A DNA stretch of 64,000 bases from Bryobacterales bacterium (GCA_965206775.1 CBDBKU010000002.1:2255796-2319795); one strand, 5' to 3'; positions 29,001 through 38,642 are shown, counted from the stretch's first letter. The notes: generated by a model not told the origin, from the sequence alone. Program-made: numbers and translations.

Positions 29001-29675
29001 CTACGGCGGGAAGCCAGTATATGGTCTGAATTCGCCGAGGTCGATGAAGTTACGGCGGTACCATCCGAACGACGGGTCCATGTAGGGAACGAATATCTCG
29101 GACAAGTGCCCTTGGTACATCACCGATCGGTCTGGACCGCCGGGTTTCTCTTGGTAGCTCACCAATGAGAGGACCGCAACGAGGCGCTGGTCGGGCCGCA
29201 GGTGGAACCGCCAGTTCTGCCCACGTACCCGGTACCCGTCGAATTCGAATCCAGGACCGAGAGGCTGGCGCGTGTCGAGCGGGCCGGGAACCTCGCGGGG
29301 GTGTTCGAGTGTCGTGCGGTCGAAGTCACCGTTGGTTCCGGTGATCGGTACGGGACCGTCGTCCACGACCCGCAAGATCTCTTCCGAGTCGAGATCGACC
29401 ACCGCCGTCAGGCCCTCGACTTGCCGGGTCCAGGCGTTCCGGACTCCGCGGGGCTCGGAGCACCGGACGTTGCCAAGGCGCCGCCCGCGTTCTTCCTCGG
29501 TTCCGAAGTAGCCCGGCGGTCCCGTGCTACATGCGAGGAAGGTGGTGTCGTTGATTCCGCGAGCCTCGTGAATGTGATGCCGATGTCTCGGGCGTCCCGG
29601 TGTGTCGAGTTGGCGTGCCGACCGATTGACCCTATGCCTGCAGCAGGCGTCGCTGCAGCAACGTCTGCATCTCAC
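29001..29675 (-). pseudogene. Copper amine oxidase fragment (N3 domain and start of the catalytic domain)
   Basis: ...PLGPGFEFDGYRVRGQNWRFHLRPDQRLVAVLSLVSYQEKPGGPDRSVMYQGHLSEIFVPYMDPSFGWYRRNFIDLGEFR matches the conserved copper amine oxidase stretch (GF...G..V.W.NW.F......R.G..L..V.Y.D....R.V.Y..S..EM.VPYGDP). The TPQ-containing catalytic part is absent. Confidence 0.6.
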
Positions 29676-29958
29676 GCCGCCCGTCAGCGATGACGAGCAC
29701 GTAGACCGTATCCTCGGTCACCCGGTAGATGATGGGGTGGGGCTTGAAGAAGACCTCCCGGAATTCCCGAATCCCGATGTCGAGCAGTATCCTCGGATAG
29801 CTCCCGCGCTGGGGATGCTCGGACAGGCCCTGGCACGCCCTTTCGATTTGTTCCAGCACGTAATCCGCCCGGGCCGGCGAATCGTGTCGGTCGATGTAGT
29901 CGCAGATCTCTTCCAGGTCGCGGGCCGCGTCATCGGTCAACTGAACCTGACAGGCCAT
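29632..29958 (-). CDS. parE: ParE/RelE-family toxin
   Basis: MACQVQLTDDAARDLEEICDYIDRHDSPARADYVLEQIERACQGLSEHPQRGSYPRILLDIGIREFREVFFKPHPIIYRVTEDTVYVLVIADGRREM is the ParE pattern. Its ATG overlaps the antitoxin stop. Confidence 0.8.
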   Translation of the reverse strand: MACQVQLTDDAARDLEEICDYIDRHDSPARADYVLEQIERACQGLSEHPQRGSYPRILLDIGIREFREVFFKPHPIIYRVTEDTVYVLVIADGRREMQTLLQRRLLQA

Positions 29959-30233
29959 CAGCGCTCCCGTTGCCGCTCCCGGAGCCGGGCGATCACGTCT
30001 ACAGTGGGTTCCACCTGACCGGCTTCGATCTGCCGGTTGCCCAGCGCGAGAATCTTGAGCAGCGCCATCGTCTCCTGCGTCTTCTCGAAGCTGTCGATGT
30101 CCTGCAGGACCACCTTGGCTTCGCCGTTCTGAGTGATGATCAGCGGCTCTCCCTGCTCACCGAGCGTGCGCACGATCTCCGAGGCGTGGGCCTTGAGGTG
30201 ACTGATCGGCTTGATCTGGCGGGACAGTTTCAT
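29958..30233 (-). CDS. Phd/YefM-type antitoxin
   Basis: MKLSRQIKPISHLKAHASEIVRTLGEQGEPLIITQNGEAKVVLQDIDSFEKTQETMALLKILA. The internal ATG at 30233 belongs to track ORF 29958-30284. Confidence 0.8.
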   Translation of the reverse strand: MKLSRQIKPISHLKAHASEIVRTLGEQGEPLIITQNGEAKVVLQDIDSFEKTQETMALLKILALGNRQIEAGQVEPTVDVIARLRERQRER

Positions 30234-30409
30234 GGGCACTTCCTTCCCAGTCCAAATATAGTCCATAAACAGGTCCGTGGACAAGGGCGGACTTCGCCGG
30301 TCGGCAACTGCTAGCGAAGACCGCCGGCACCCTGTCGCCGAGCGGACCCTCTAGCCAAGTCTTTCACCAACCCACCCTCAAGGACTATCCTGACACCAAC
30401 CAGCTTCCT

Positions 30410-31078
30410 ATGACCGGGCCCTGCGGGTCCTCGAGAACCCTGCGATGGAAGGTGCCTGCGCCTATCAGTTCCGGCGCGGGACGGGCCGGCCCTGCTGCAG
30501 GGCTTGGCCGTGTACGGCCCATTGCGCATACGGGATGCGGGTGCGCTACAGCGCGAAGGGATGGGGCTTGTGAGGTGGCCGTGCGGGCCGAATACTGGCC
30601 CTACCGCGCCGCGAGCGCCCCGCCGGCAGATCCTCCGGATGCCGCTGCCAGGGCCTACGTCGGGACCGTGCGCCAGGCCTTCCTCGGCCCCGCCTGCGTG
30701 CAGGCGGCCTTCGGCCCCGCCGACGAGCGTCTCGCCGCTGCCTGGCACGCCGCCGGCGTGCCCTTGGCCACCGTCCGGCGCGCCATCCTGCTCGGCTGCG
30801 TGCGCAAGTCGATGTCGCTGATCGACCGGCCCGCCGCGCAGCCCGTGCGCAGCCTCCGCTTCTTCGAAGCGTTGCTGCGCGAAGTTGAGCGCGAGCGATT
30901 CCCCGACTCCTACTGGCAGCACCTGGAGTTCAATCTCGGACGCTGCGAGGACTACTGGCGGCACAAGCCCGACACCGCGCCGGGTCGTGCCCGACCGAAT
31001 TTGGAACAGGCAAGCTCCCGGCCCAAGGCCGAGGCTTCCTCCCACGACCCTCTGCACACGAAAGGAAAGACGAGATGA
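30410..31078 (+). CDS. Hypothetical protein (very GC-rich; start uncertain, the conserved-looking part begins about 30650)
   Basis: AYVGTVRQAFLGPACVQAAFGPADERLAAAWHAAGVPLATVRRAILLGCVRKSMSLIDRPAAQPVRSLRFFEALLREVERERFPDSYWQHLEFNL reads like a real helical protein. The opposite-strand ORF 30311-31114 looks like a shadow. Confidence 0.4.
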   Translation: MTGPCGSSRTLRWKVPAPISSGAGRAGPAAGLGRVRPIAHTGCGCATARRDGACEVAVRAEYWPYRAASAPPADPPDAAARAYVGTVRQAFLGPACVQAAFGPADERLAAAWHAAGVPLATVRRAILLGCVRKSMSLIDRPAAQPVRSLRFFEALLREVERERFPDSYWQHLEFNLGRCEDYWRHKPDTAPGRARPNLEQASSRPKAEASSHDPLHTKGKTR

Positions 31079-31172
31079 TGATGACCATCCCTCCCCGGCC
31101 ATCCGGGGATCCACTTGACGGAGGCGCTACCGGTACGGCATCCTGAGTCCGCCAGCGTCGCTTCGCTCCGAA

Positions 31173-31264
31173 GTGTTCACGTTCCTTCGGAACAGGTGTT
31201 CACGATGGATCGGAATGAGCGTTCACGTTCCTTCGGAATGAGCGTTCACATTCGCCGGAATACG
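31173..31264. repeat. Four tandem 23-bp repeats
   Basis: The units are GTGTTCACGTTCCTTCGGAACAG / GTGTTCACGATGGATCGGAATGA / GCGTTCACGTTCCTTCGGAATGA / GCGTTCACATTCGCCGGAATACG, head to tail. They sit at the broken end of the IS5-like transposase fragment. Confidence 0.75.
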
Positions 31265-31728
31265 CACCGCATCGTGGCGTCCACCGCCACCGTCCGCCCC
31301 TGGGTGGGCCAAACCCGCCTCGCGCAGTTGCCCCAGCACCCACCCGAAGACCTGCTCATGGACCTCCAGGCTGATCCGCCGCCGGGTCCGCGAGATCGTC
31401 GAGTGGTCCGGCGGGCTCTGCTGCAGCTCGTAGCCGAGGAAGGCCCGCAGCCCGAGCGAGTCGCTCACGTTCAGGGCTCGGAGTCGATGCCCAGCAGATA
31501 GCCCAGCAGCAGCCGGAAGTACACGCCGGGAACCAGCGAGGGGCGCCCCAGGCGTGCGGCATAGAACGGCCGGCACAGCTGCTCGACATAGGCGTCAAAG
31601 CCCATCTGGTCGAGCAGTTCGTTGAGCTTGACAAAGCAGGGAGCGGTCGGGGCCTGAGGCAGCTGGTCCTGCGTCAGGAACATCGCGATCTGCTCGGGCT
31701 TGCGGGAACCCATCGCCATGCCATCCAT
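31223..31728 (-). pseudogene. IS5-superfamily transposase, N-terminal (DUF772-like) fragment, frameshifted
   Basis: MFLTQDQLPQAPTAPCFVKLNELLDQMGFDAYVEQLCRPFYAARLGRPSLVPGVYFRLLLGYLLGIDSE is followed in a second frame by RALNVSDSLGLRAFLGYELQQSPPDHSTISRTRRRISLEVHEQVFGWVLGQLREAGL. No DDE domain follows. Confidence 0.65.
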
Positions 31729-31750
31729 TTTAGCGATATCTGATCGATAA

Positions 31751-33953
31751 TTGTTGGACTTCCAATCGAGTGAGTTTTACCACGGGCTGCTAGACCGCAA
31801 CGCCGGCATTGAGTACTTCGATTCACCGCGAGACAACGAAGCCATCTACGACACCTATGTGATCGACTGCGTGCCTGAGCGAGAGGATCTTGGCTGCATG
31901 CAGTTGATCACTTCGACCAGCAATCTTGAGGAAATGCACTCATTGCTTGACAGATCTCTCGACCGGATAGGCCTTAGCCAGAGCACCCTGACCGCAGAGT
32001 TTCTCCTGGACCACCTAAAGGCACTCAGCGGTCGGCTGGCTATCCGTCTAACCGGGCAGGACATTCCGAGCGCTGAGCTCGTAGCGCTTGCGGCCAGCCG
32101 TGCCCTTTGCCTCCAAGAGCGGGCGTCAGATAGGGGAGAGTGCTGGACATCTCTCGATGACGGCTTTCTGGTTCCAGCGGACGACGTCCACGAACTGCTG
32201 CCGCCGTTGGATACGACGAAACGCAAGACCGGCCTACTTTCTGGCCTGATCCACGTCTCGGTGACGCCACCCCGTGGCAAATTGCGCTTCCGATTCATCG
32301 AGGTGAAGCACCGTCGCCATCTCCGAGCTGGGCGAGACCCCACAGTGCTTCGTGATGTGCGTGAGCAGGTCGAGACTTTGCGAAAGAGTTGGAACAAGTG
32401 GTATTCCACGAGGAATCCCCGGTCCTTCCGGGCCCTCCGGCGGGCGAAGTTGGCTCGGGTCCTGAGGTTCTACGCCGACAAGGCGCGTCGGCACCATTTG
32501 TCGGAGGAACGGCACCGGGTCATCACGAGCGAGATTGATCGCATGCTTGCCGAGGGTAGTAGCTACGACTTCCGGGAAGCCGAGCGAGACGACCGGTGTT
32601 GGATCTTCTGTCCCGAATACGCCGGCACCCGGCCTACCGAGATCTCTCCTGCCGACTGGAAAGTGCGAATCTTCCTGTTTGGCCCGGATCTGCTGCCCGA
32701 CCCGAGCGGACAACTCCCGGCGGTCGAACAGACGCCGGAAAGGGTCGTGAACGGGTCGGCGGAACTTGTGCAAGCTCCTCCACCTGCACCCACGGATGAG
32801 AGCGAGCCCTCGCCGTCTCTGGATGGTGGAGTCCGCTCTCCCGGTACCGAGAATATGGCTCCGAACTTGCTCCTAGGCCATGCAGGTTCGACCGGCGCGG
32901 AAGCGCGCTGGCCGTTGACCGTCAAGGGCAACCCTCACCTGCTCGTGGCCGGTCTGCCTGGTATGGAAGACCACCTTGCTATTGAACCTCTGCCAGCAAA
33001 TGGTCGAGGCCGACGTTCGGCCGATCGTGTTCTCTTACCATCAGGATATTGACGAGAAACTCGCGGAGTCGGCCAGAGATGTTCGATTCATCGATTTCGA
33101 CGGATTGGGTTTCAACCCGCTACACGTTCCTGACCGGGGTTCGCCGACGGCGTATCTCGATGTTGGTGGTGCGCTTCGGGACATCTTCACGGCAACCTAT
33201 CCAGACCTTGGGGACCTTCAAGGGGAACGCATCCGGAAAGCTATCAGGGACAGCTTCACCGAGGCGGGATGGGGCGGCCAGAATGTGACGGCGGATCTGG
33301 AGGCTCCTCCTTTCAGGCGCTTTGTGGAGATCTTGCAAAGCGAGCCGAGGCCGGACCGGGGTCTGCAATCACTGCTTGCGCGTCTGTCGGAACTGGATGA
33401 CTACCGCTTCTTCGAGCCCGGGGAACTTCATGGTAGTCTCTGGGAAAGCGATCGGCTGACCATTGTCCGCATCCACAAGACCCGGAGTGACAACCTGCAG
33501 AGAGCATTCGCCCACCTGATCTTCTACGGTCTCTATAAGGACATGTTCCGTCGCGGTGTTCAGGATCGGATCACCCACGCCCTGATATTTGACGAGGCCC
33601 ATCGAGCCGCGGGATTGAAGCTGATTCCCACGATGGCCAAGGAATGCCGCAAGTACGGCATATCTCTCACGCTCGCTTCGCAAGGAGCGAGGGACTTCGA
33701 TTCCTCCTTGTTTTCGGCCATTGCCAACTACCTCGTGATGAAGCTGACCGAGGCGGACGCGAAGGCGTTAGTCAGGAATGTCTCCGACTCGCAACAGGAG
33801 CGAAGATTGGTCGACGCGGTAAAGCAAATGGAGAAGTTCAAGGCGCTGTACTTCCGCGAAGGGACGAGAGCGCCTTCGCACGTGAACCTCCTCGGGCCGA
33901 GGTGTTCGGTCCCGACGGAAGTGCACGAAGAGCCAATGCCGAAAATCATGTGA
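31751..33953 (+). pseudogene. HerA/FtsK-type (DUF87-like) P-loop ATPase with a PD-(D/E)xK-like upstream domain; N-terminally truncated and frameshifted inside the Walker A
   Basis: Two track ORFs (31751-33052 and 32976-33953) join if 2 nt are restored in CTGCCTGGTATGGAAGACCACC. The join reads ...NPHLLVAGLPGM(GK)TTLLLNLCQQM. Downstream are HALIFDEAHRAAG (Walker B) and MAKECRKYGISLTLASQGARDFD. The upstream part contains GLIHVSVTPPRGKLRFRFIEVKHRR. The ORF opens right at the IS5-like remnant. Confidence 0.65.
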
Positions 33954-34213
33954 ATCAACAGGTCAGCGCATACCTTAGGTCCGAGCAGTACAATCCGATC
34001 ACAGTTGTATTTCCGGAATACAGCCACTGCGAATCCGGTCCCGCACTGCTATGCTAAGGACGTGCATACGAGTGCAGTTGCTCCTCCGTGGAGCATACAG
34101 ACGACGAAGAGTGCCATTCAGAGGCCTTTCGTAGCATGCGATGCATGTGTTGAGTTCCATGCCGCAGGCAGTGGAATCTGTCGAGGCTTCGAGCGCTGAG
34201 CCAGCGTAGCGAA

Positions 34214-34693
34214 TCAGCGCTTACCTCCCCTACTTTCTCTTCTTCTCCCCTCTAGTTCGAGGACGGCGAGGTCTCTGTCCCAGGGAATGGACGTGTTGAT
34301 TTTCTTGCGCGTTTCGCGATCTGCCGGGAAACAGGTGAGGAACTCCGCCTTGAGTGCTCCCCGTCTGCCCATCGTGAGCTGCAGGACCACGGCGAATCCT
34401 TCGTAGAACGCGACTCGCCGGTCGAGTCGGTCCGAGCCGTCTTTCCACCCGAAGAACTGTTTGGATTCCGGGCTGACCAGCGCGGGGACGATCCAATCGA
34501 TCCGCTTGGCGCGTTCCCGGGAGAAGCGCTGATCGTCTTCCTCGAAGAACGCGTGCCGAAAGCGTCCCGGGGAGAAGTGCACCCGGATCCCATCTGACGT
34601 GTAGATCTCCTTGCTGCAGTACTCGCGCCAATAGTGATCCCGGTACCTGTCCGGACACTGGTAGCTAACGAACCTAGGCCGTCCCCCTGCCAT
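34214..34693 (-). CDS. Hypothetical protein
   Basis: 159-aa ORF with protein-like composition (DGIRVHFSPGRFRHAFFEEDDQRFSRERAKRIDWIVPALVSPESKQFFGWKDGSDRLDRRVAFYEGFAVVLQL). No family could be named with confidence. Confidence 0.5.
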   Translation of the reverse strand: MAGGRPRFVSYQCPDRYRDHYWREYCSKEIYTSDGIRVHFSPGRFRHAFFEEDDQRFSRERAKRIDWIVPALVSPESKQFFGWKDGSDRLDRRVAFYEGFAVVLQLTMGRRGALKAEFLTCFPADRETRKKINTSIPWDRDLAVLELEGRRRESRGGKR

Positions 34694-35699
34694 TCAACGC
34701 ATCCCAGGCCTTCTTTAGGATTCCTTCCGGTCAGCAGTGACCACACCTCACCCCTTCTCCTGGTCGCGGCGAGCTCGGCAACCTTGATCCTGTCCTGAGA
34801 TTGTATCCCCCTACTCGCCGCAATAGGATTTCCAATCCGCCATGGACGCCGACACGATCCGCGTCACCGAATTCGCTCCCGACGGTCCGCTTCTGTCCGA
34901 GGGAGTAGACGATTTCGCTGCCGTGTACCTCCATGTGAACGAGTCGGCTTGCGGCGATCCGGACAGTAGTACACTCGGCGCCTCGAGGGTCGCAGGAACC
35001 GTCCGACTGATCCAGCCGTGCGAATTCGACTGCGGCCGATAGGAGCCTCCAGTGTGGTGCCTGTTCAGACTGCCAAACTACTCCTGAAGAGTTGGGTCTC
35101 TATCGGATCGTCGTTTCGCTTGGGATCCGTTGCAAACCTAAAAGCACCGTTGCAGGAGGTGCCGGTGAACAGTGCCACTATCCTTCCTCGTGAGACGAGT
35201 ATCTGATCAGAACATGCGATAAGAGCGACTGCACAGCCTACCATATCAATTGAAGCCTACTCCGTTGGAAGCAAACATAACGCCCTTATTCTGGACAGGA
35301 GTGAATCTACGTGCGCGAGTCGGAAGACCGCCAAAGCGTCAGTCCCGCAAGCAATCCGAAACCGATCTAATCCGACAGATTCTCGCGCTGTTTCATCGAA
35401 ATAAACAGAAATTCAACAACGCGGGCGGCAATGGCAGCGAGGGAGCGGGAGCGGGAGGGAGAGCGATGCAGGACGCGCGGGAGACGGAGCTGGAGACAGA
35501 GGCCGAAGATGGCGGCGACATGGCCGCGGAGGAGGGTGCGGATGCCGTGGACGGTATGCAAATTCTGGACGATTGTGAACGGACGTTCCGATTTGACACT
35601 GTTCACTTTCCACCGGAATCTGCACTTGAGGGAGCAGTGTCTGGACAGGCGCCACCGCTCGAGCCGTATCGTGCTCCTCGCCCCAATCGCTGAGGACTT

Positions 35700-36170
35700 G
35701 GTCGATCCGAACCTGCTACCCTCACTTCCCTTTGGTGTCCACGAAGACTTAGGCACTCTAACTGCGACGTCCCGGTGCGCGAACGCCTCTTCGAGCTGCG
35801 CGAGGAGCACCTCCTGTGGCGCGTCGGCTCCGCCAGCGACAGCGACAGCAAGCTCAACCCCGCGCTGGGTCGTCCCGGCATGGAGCTGTGGAGCATCCTC
35901 GTGCTGGCCCTACTCAAGCAGGGCATAAATTGCGATTCGACCGCTCGGCGGAGCTGGCGAACAAGCACCTCGACGTGCGCCGCATGCCGGGCCTCTTTCG
36001 GACACGTTCTGCGACTGGCAGGTCTTCTACCGCACCTTCATGCGCAGTGTCAGCCTGCTCACGCTGGACTTGCTGGCGGCGGTGAATCAGCTCGGGGTGC
36101 TTTCCGAATCGGTAACGCTCGTCAGAGTGATCCACCCGTGCCGCGACCGAATCCTCGGATCCGCTTAGCC
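35700..36170 (+). pseudogene. Transposase N-terminal fragment (IS5/ISNCY-like, DUF772-like), in three frames
   Basis: LNPALGRPGMELWSILVLALLKQGINCD, then FDRSAELANKHLDVRRMPGLF, then DWQVFYRTFMRSVSLLTLDLLAAVNQLGV in shifted frames. No catalytic domain follows. Confidence 0.45.
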
Positions 36171-36311
36171 CACCGAGGCCAATGCGCTGCCAATCGCAGA
36201 CTCACACTTCCAACAACCCTTCTTGGTGCCCATTCTCTACACTGAAACCGATAATTGAACTTGCCTGGCAGTGGGCTTGGCCGCCTGTATCAATACGCAT
36301 ATAATTCGTTT

Positions 36312-36530
36312 GTGAGCCGAGCCTTTGACACAGCGATAGAGAAGATGTCGGCGCTCCCGCCCGAGGAACAGGACCGAATTGCGCAGTGGCTTCTCGGCGA
36401 GCTTCAGGATGAGGAACGCTGGACTCAAGCGTTTTCAAGTTCCCAACATGCCCTGAGCAGGCTCGCCGATGAGGCCCGAGCTGATATTAAAGCTGGCAGA
36501 GCGACGCAACTCGATCCTGACAAACTGTGA
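36312..36530 (+). CDS. Small antitoxin-like protein
   Basis: VSRAFDTAIEKMSALPPEEQDRIAQWLLGELQDEERWTQAFSSSQHALSRLADEARADIKAGRATQLDPDKL. The GTG at 36312 lies inside track ORF 36255-36530. Its stop overlaps the GTG of the downstream toxin-like ORF (GTGA). Confidence 0.65.
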   Translation: MSRAFDTAIEKMSALPPEEQDRIAQWLLGELQDEERWTQAFSSSQHALSRLADEARADIKAGRATQLDPDKL

Positions 36531-36796
36531 AATCGAGTGCAACGCCCAGTTTCTGGGCTGCCTACCGCAAATGGCCAACGGATATTCAGGGGCTCGCAAG
36601 ATAAGCGTACCGTCTCTTCGCAAGCAATCCCCGGCACCAAAGCCTCCGCTTCAAGAAGGTTCACGGCCACGAGCCGATCTACTCAGTTCGCGTCGCCCTC
36701 GGATACCGTGCGGTTGGTCTGCTCGAGGGTGATGACATTACATGGTTTTGGATCGGAGCCCATGCCGACTACGACCGACTCCTCGCAAGACTCTGA
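36527..36796 (+). pseudogene. RelE/ParE-superfamily toxin-like gene with an in-frame TAA
   Basis: VKSSATPSFWAAYRKWPTDIQGLAR-TAA(36602-36604)-AYRLFASNPRHQSLRFKKVHGHEPIYSVRVALGYRAVGLLEGDDITWFWIGAHADYDRLLARL* lies in a single frame. Only the nonsense codon interrupts it. Confidence 0.7.
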
Positions 36797-37129
36797 CTAA
36801 GCTCCAAGGCAGCCCAACGGGCCGGTAATTGGTTGCAGGCCGGGCGATCGGAGCTATCTGCTGACGGTTGGCCGACGCAACTCTCACGCCAGACACGGAA
36901 CCCGCTTCACGGGGTCAGTCATGCGAGTTGCTTCTGTCGGCGTGGCCCGTAATCGGCTCGGAGGCGAGGACTCAGTTTGGGGGACCGCCGCGGCCGCGGT
37001 AGTCGCGCCCATCCACGCAGGCTACTCACCCTCGTCAACGCCATGCTCTGCGAAAACCGACCTGGCAGCCGGAGTCTCTCCGTCGAGGCACTCGCATGAA
37101 CCGCCCGCGCCCTTGGAAACCTCTCCGGG

Positions 37130-37918
37130 GGTACTGTCAAGGTGGCGTCTGTGGAGAGACACTGGATCGGTGAAATCCTTGAATCGAGGGCACCGCTTCC
37201 CACCCGAGATCATCAGCCACGCCGTGTGGCTCTGTCATCGGTTCACCCTCAGCTTCCGGGATGTCGAAGACCTGCTCGCCTTGCGCGGCGTCACCGTGTC
37301 CTACGAGGCGATCCGATCGTGGCGTCGCAAATTCGGTCCCACCTTTGCTCGGAACCTGCGCCGTCGGCATGGCCGGCTGGGCGATGTCTGGCATGTGGAT
37401 GAGGTCTTCGTCACGATCCGCGGGTCACGCCGCTATCTCTGGAGGGCGGTGGACCAGGACGGCGACATCCTGGATATTCTGGTCACGCGCCGCCGGGACG
37501 CGGGAGCCGCTAAGCGCTTTTTCCGCAAGCTCATGAAGGGGCAAGGGGGATCGCCATGGCAGATGGTCACCGACAGGCTGCGTAGCTATGTGGCCGCCTG
37601 CCGGGAACTTGGCCTGTGGGCTACTCATCGAACCGGGCAGTCCGAGAACAACAGGGCTGAGGTGTCCCACCCGCACACCAGGGAGCAAGAACACCAAACG
37701 CGTCGTATCAAGCGCAGGCCCAGCGTTTTCTCGCGGTCCATGCGGCCACCCACAACTCATTCAGGCTCGCACGCCACCGTCTCAAGGCGATCCATCATCG
37801 ACTCCTTCGGGAGCGGGCCTTCACCACTTGGAAGACCGCGACGGGTATTCACTGAGCGAAGCACCACGCACCGATGTGCGGATCAGAACCGCTTCGGCGA
37901 AAATAACTTGACAATTTC
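37130..37918 (+). mobile_element. IS6-family insertion sequence, full length (789 bp), no recognisable 8-bp TSD
   Basis: The left end is GGTACTGTCAAGGTGGCGTCTGTGG (37130-). The right end is ...AACTTGACAATTTC (to 37918). The flanks TCTCCGGG and GGCATGGC differ. Confidence 0.75.
37170..37855 (+). pseudogene. IS6-family transposase with a 1-nt frameshift near 37710
   Basis: VKSLNRGHRFPPEIISHAVWLCHRFTLSFRDVEDLLALRGVTVSYEAIRSWRRKFGP...DVWHVDEVFVTIRGSRRYLWRAVDQDGDILDILV...NNRAEVSHPHTREQEHQTRRIK continues in the next frame as QAQAQRFLAVHAATHNSFRLARHRLKAIHHRLLRERAFTTWKTATGIH* (stop 37853-37855). Confidence 0.75.
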
Positions 37919-37998
37919 GGCATGGCTAATCACAGGCAAGAAACTCCGGAAACGCAAATCAGACCGCGCATGCTGATGTCTGAGAGTAAGGCTGACCC

Positions 37999-38642
37999 AT
38001 GAAATCCACACCAGAGAATCCTTCCTCAAATCGACTCACACCCGGCGTCAGTGACGAAGCCTTGCAGGCCGCCATCCAGGCGTCTGGCTATCCGCTTCAG
38101 ACTCAGGTGGCCCAGAACCTCTCCGAGAAGTTCTACATTCAAGAATAATGGAGCTATATCGACCGCCAGACGCAAGGTACTAAGGACGATCGATCTGGTC
38201 GCCTCGCGAATGCTCTCGGAATGGGAAAAATCTCAGCCTCGGGTTCGCCCTGAACTCAATCTAGTCATCAAATGTAAGAAGTCGGAGCTCCCATACGTCT
38301 TCTTCTTATCCGACCGCTACACTCGGCTACCCGACTTCCCGACCATCTCCGGGCTGAAGGCAAAGAACGTGGTCATTACTTCCGACGATGATCCCTCCAG
38401 TTGGCACATGCCGCTGTTGAGCGGATTGGGGCTCGATCAGCACTCCTTCCAGTCGGATTCCGTTCTGTGTAACCTTCAGCAAGTCCGTGAGGAACGGCAA
38501 GAAACTCGCTCTCTCGGGAAACGACCCCTACCAGAGCTTGATGCTACCGATATTGAAGGCAGTCGATCATTTCGACCAGACTCACATCCCTCCGCCGACG
38601 GCGCACTATTTCGACGGTCACCTCGTCGTTGGAGTCGGTGTC
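37999..38642 (+). pseudogene. Hypothetical PD-(D/E)xK-like gene with at least 3 frameshifts, 3' end cut by the IS1634-type element
   Basis: The pieces are MKSTPENPSSNRLTPGVSDEALQAAIQASGYPLQTQVAQNLSEKFYIQE*, then WSYIDRQTQGT, then RTIDLVASRMLSEWEKSQPRVRPELNLVIKCKKSELPYVFFLSD..., then SKSVRNGKKLALSGNDPYQSLMLPILKAVDHFDQTHIPPPTAHYFDGHLVVGVGV, in shifting frames. The D...(E/K)xK arrangement is IDLVAS...LVIKCKK. Confidence 0.45.

Noticed and set aside
30311-31114. 267-aa minus-strand ORF as the real gene of the 30.3-31.1 kb block
   Set aside because: It is rich in Gly, Ala, Arg and Pro without structure. The + strand frame contains a coherent helical segment (…VRSLRFFEALLREVERERFPDSYWQHLEFNL). The strand choice remains only moderately confident.
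31173-31264. Possible mini-CRISPR array
   Set aside because: The four 23-bp units are directly adjacent with no spacers. They are imperfect, and no cas genes are nearby. I report them as a tandem repeat instead.
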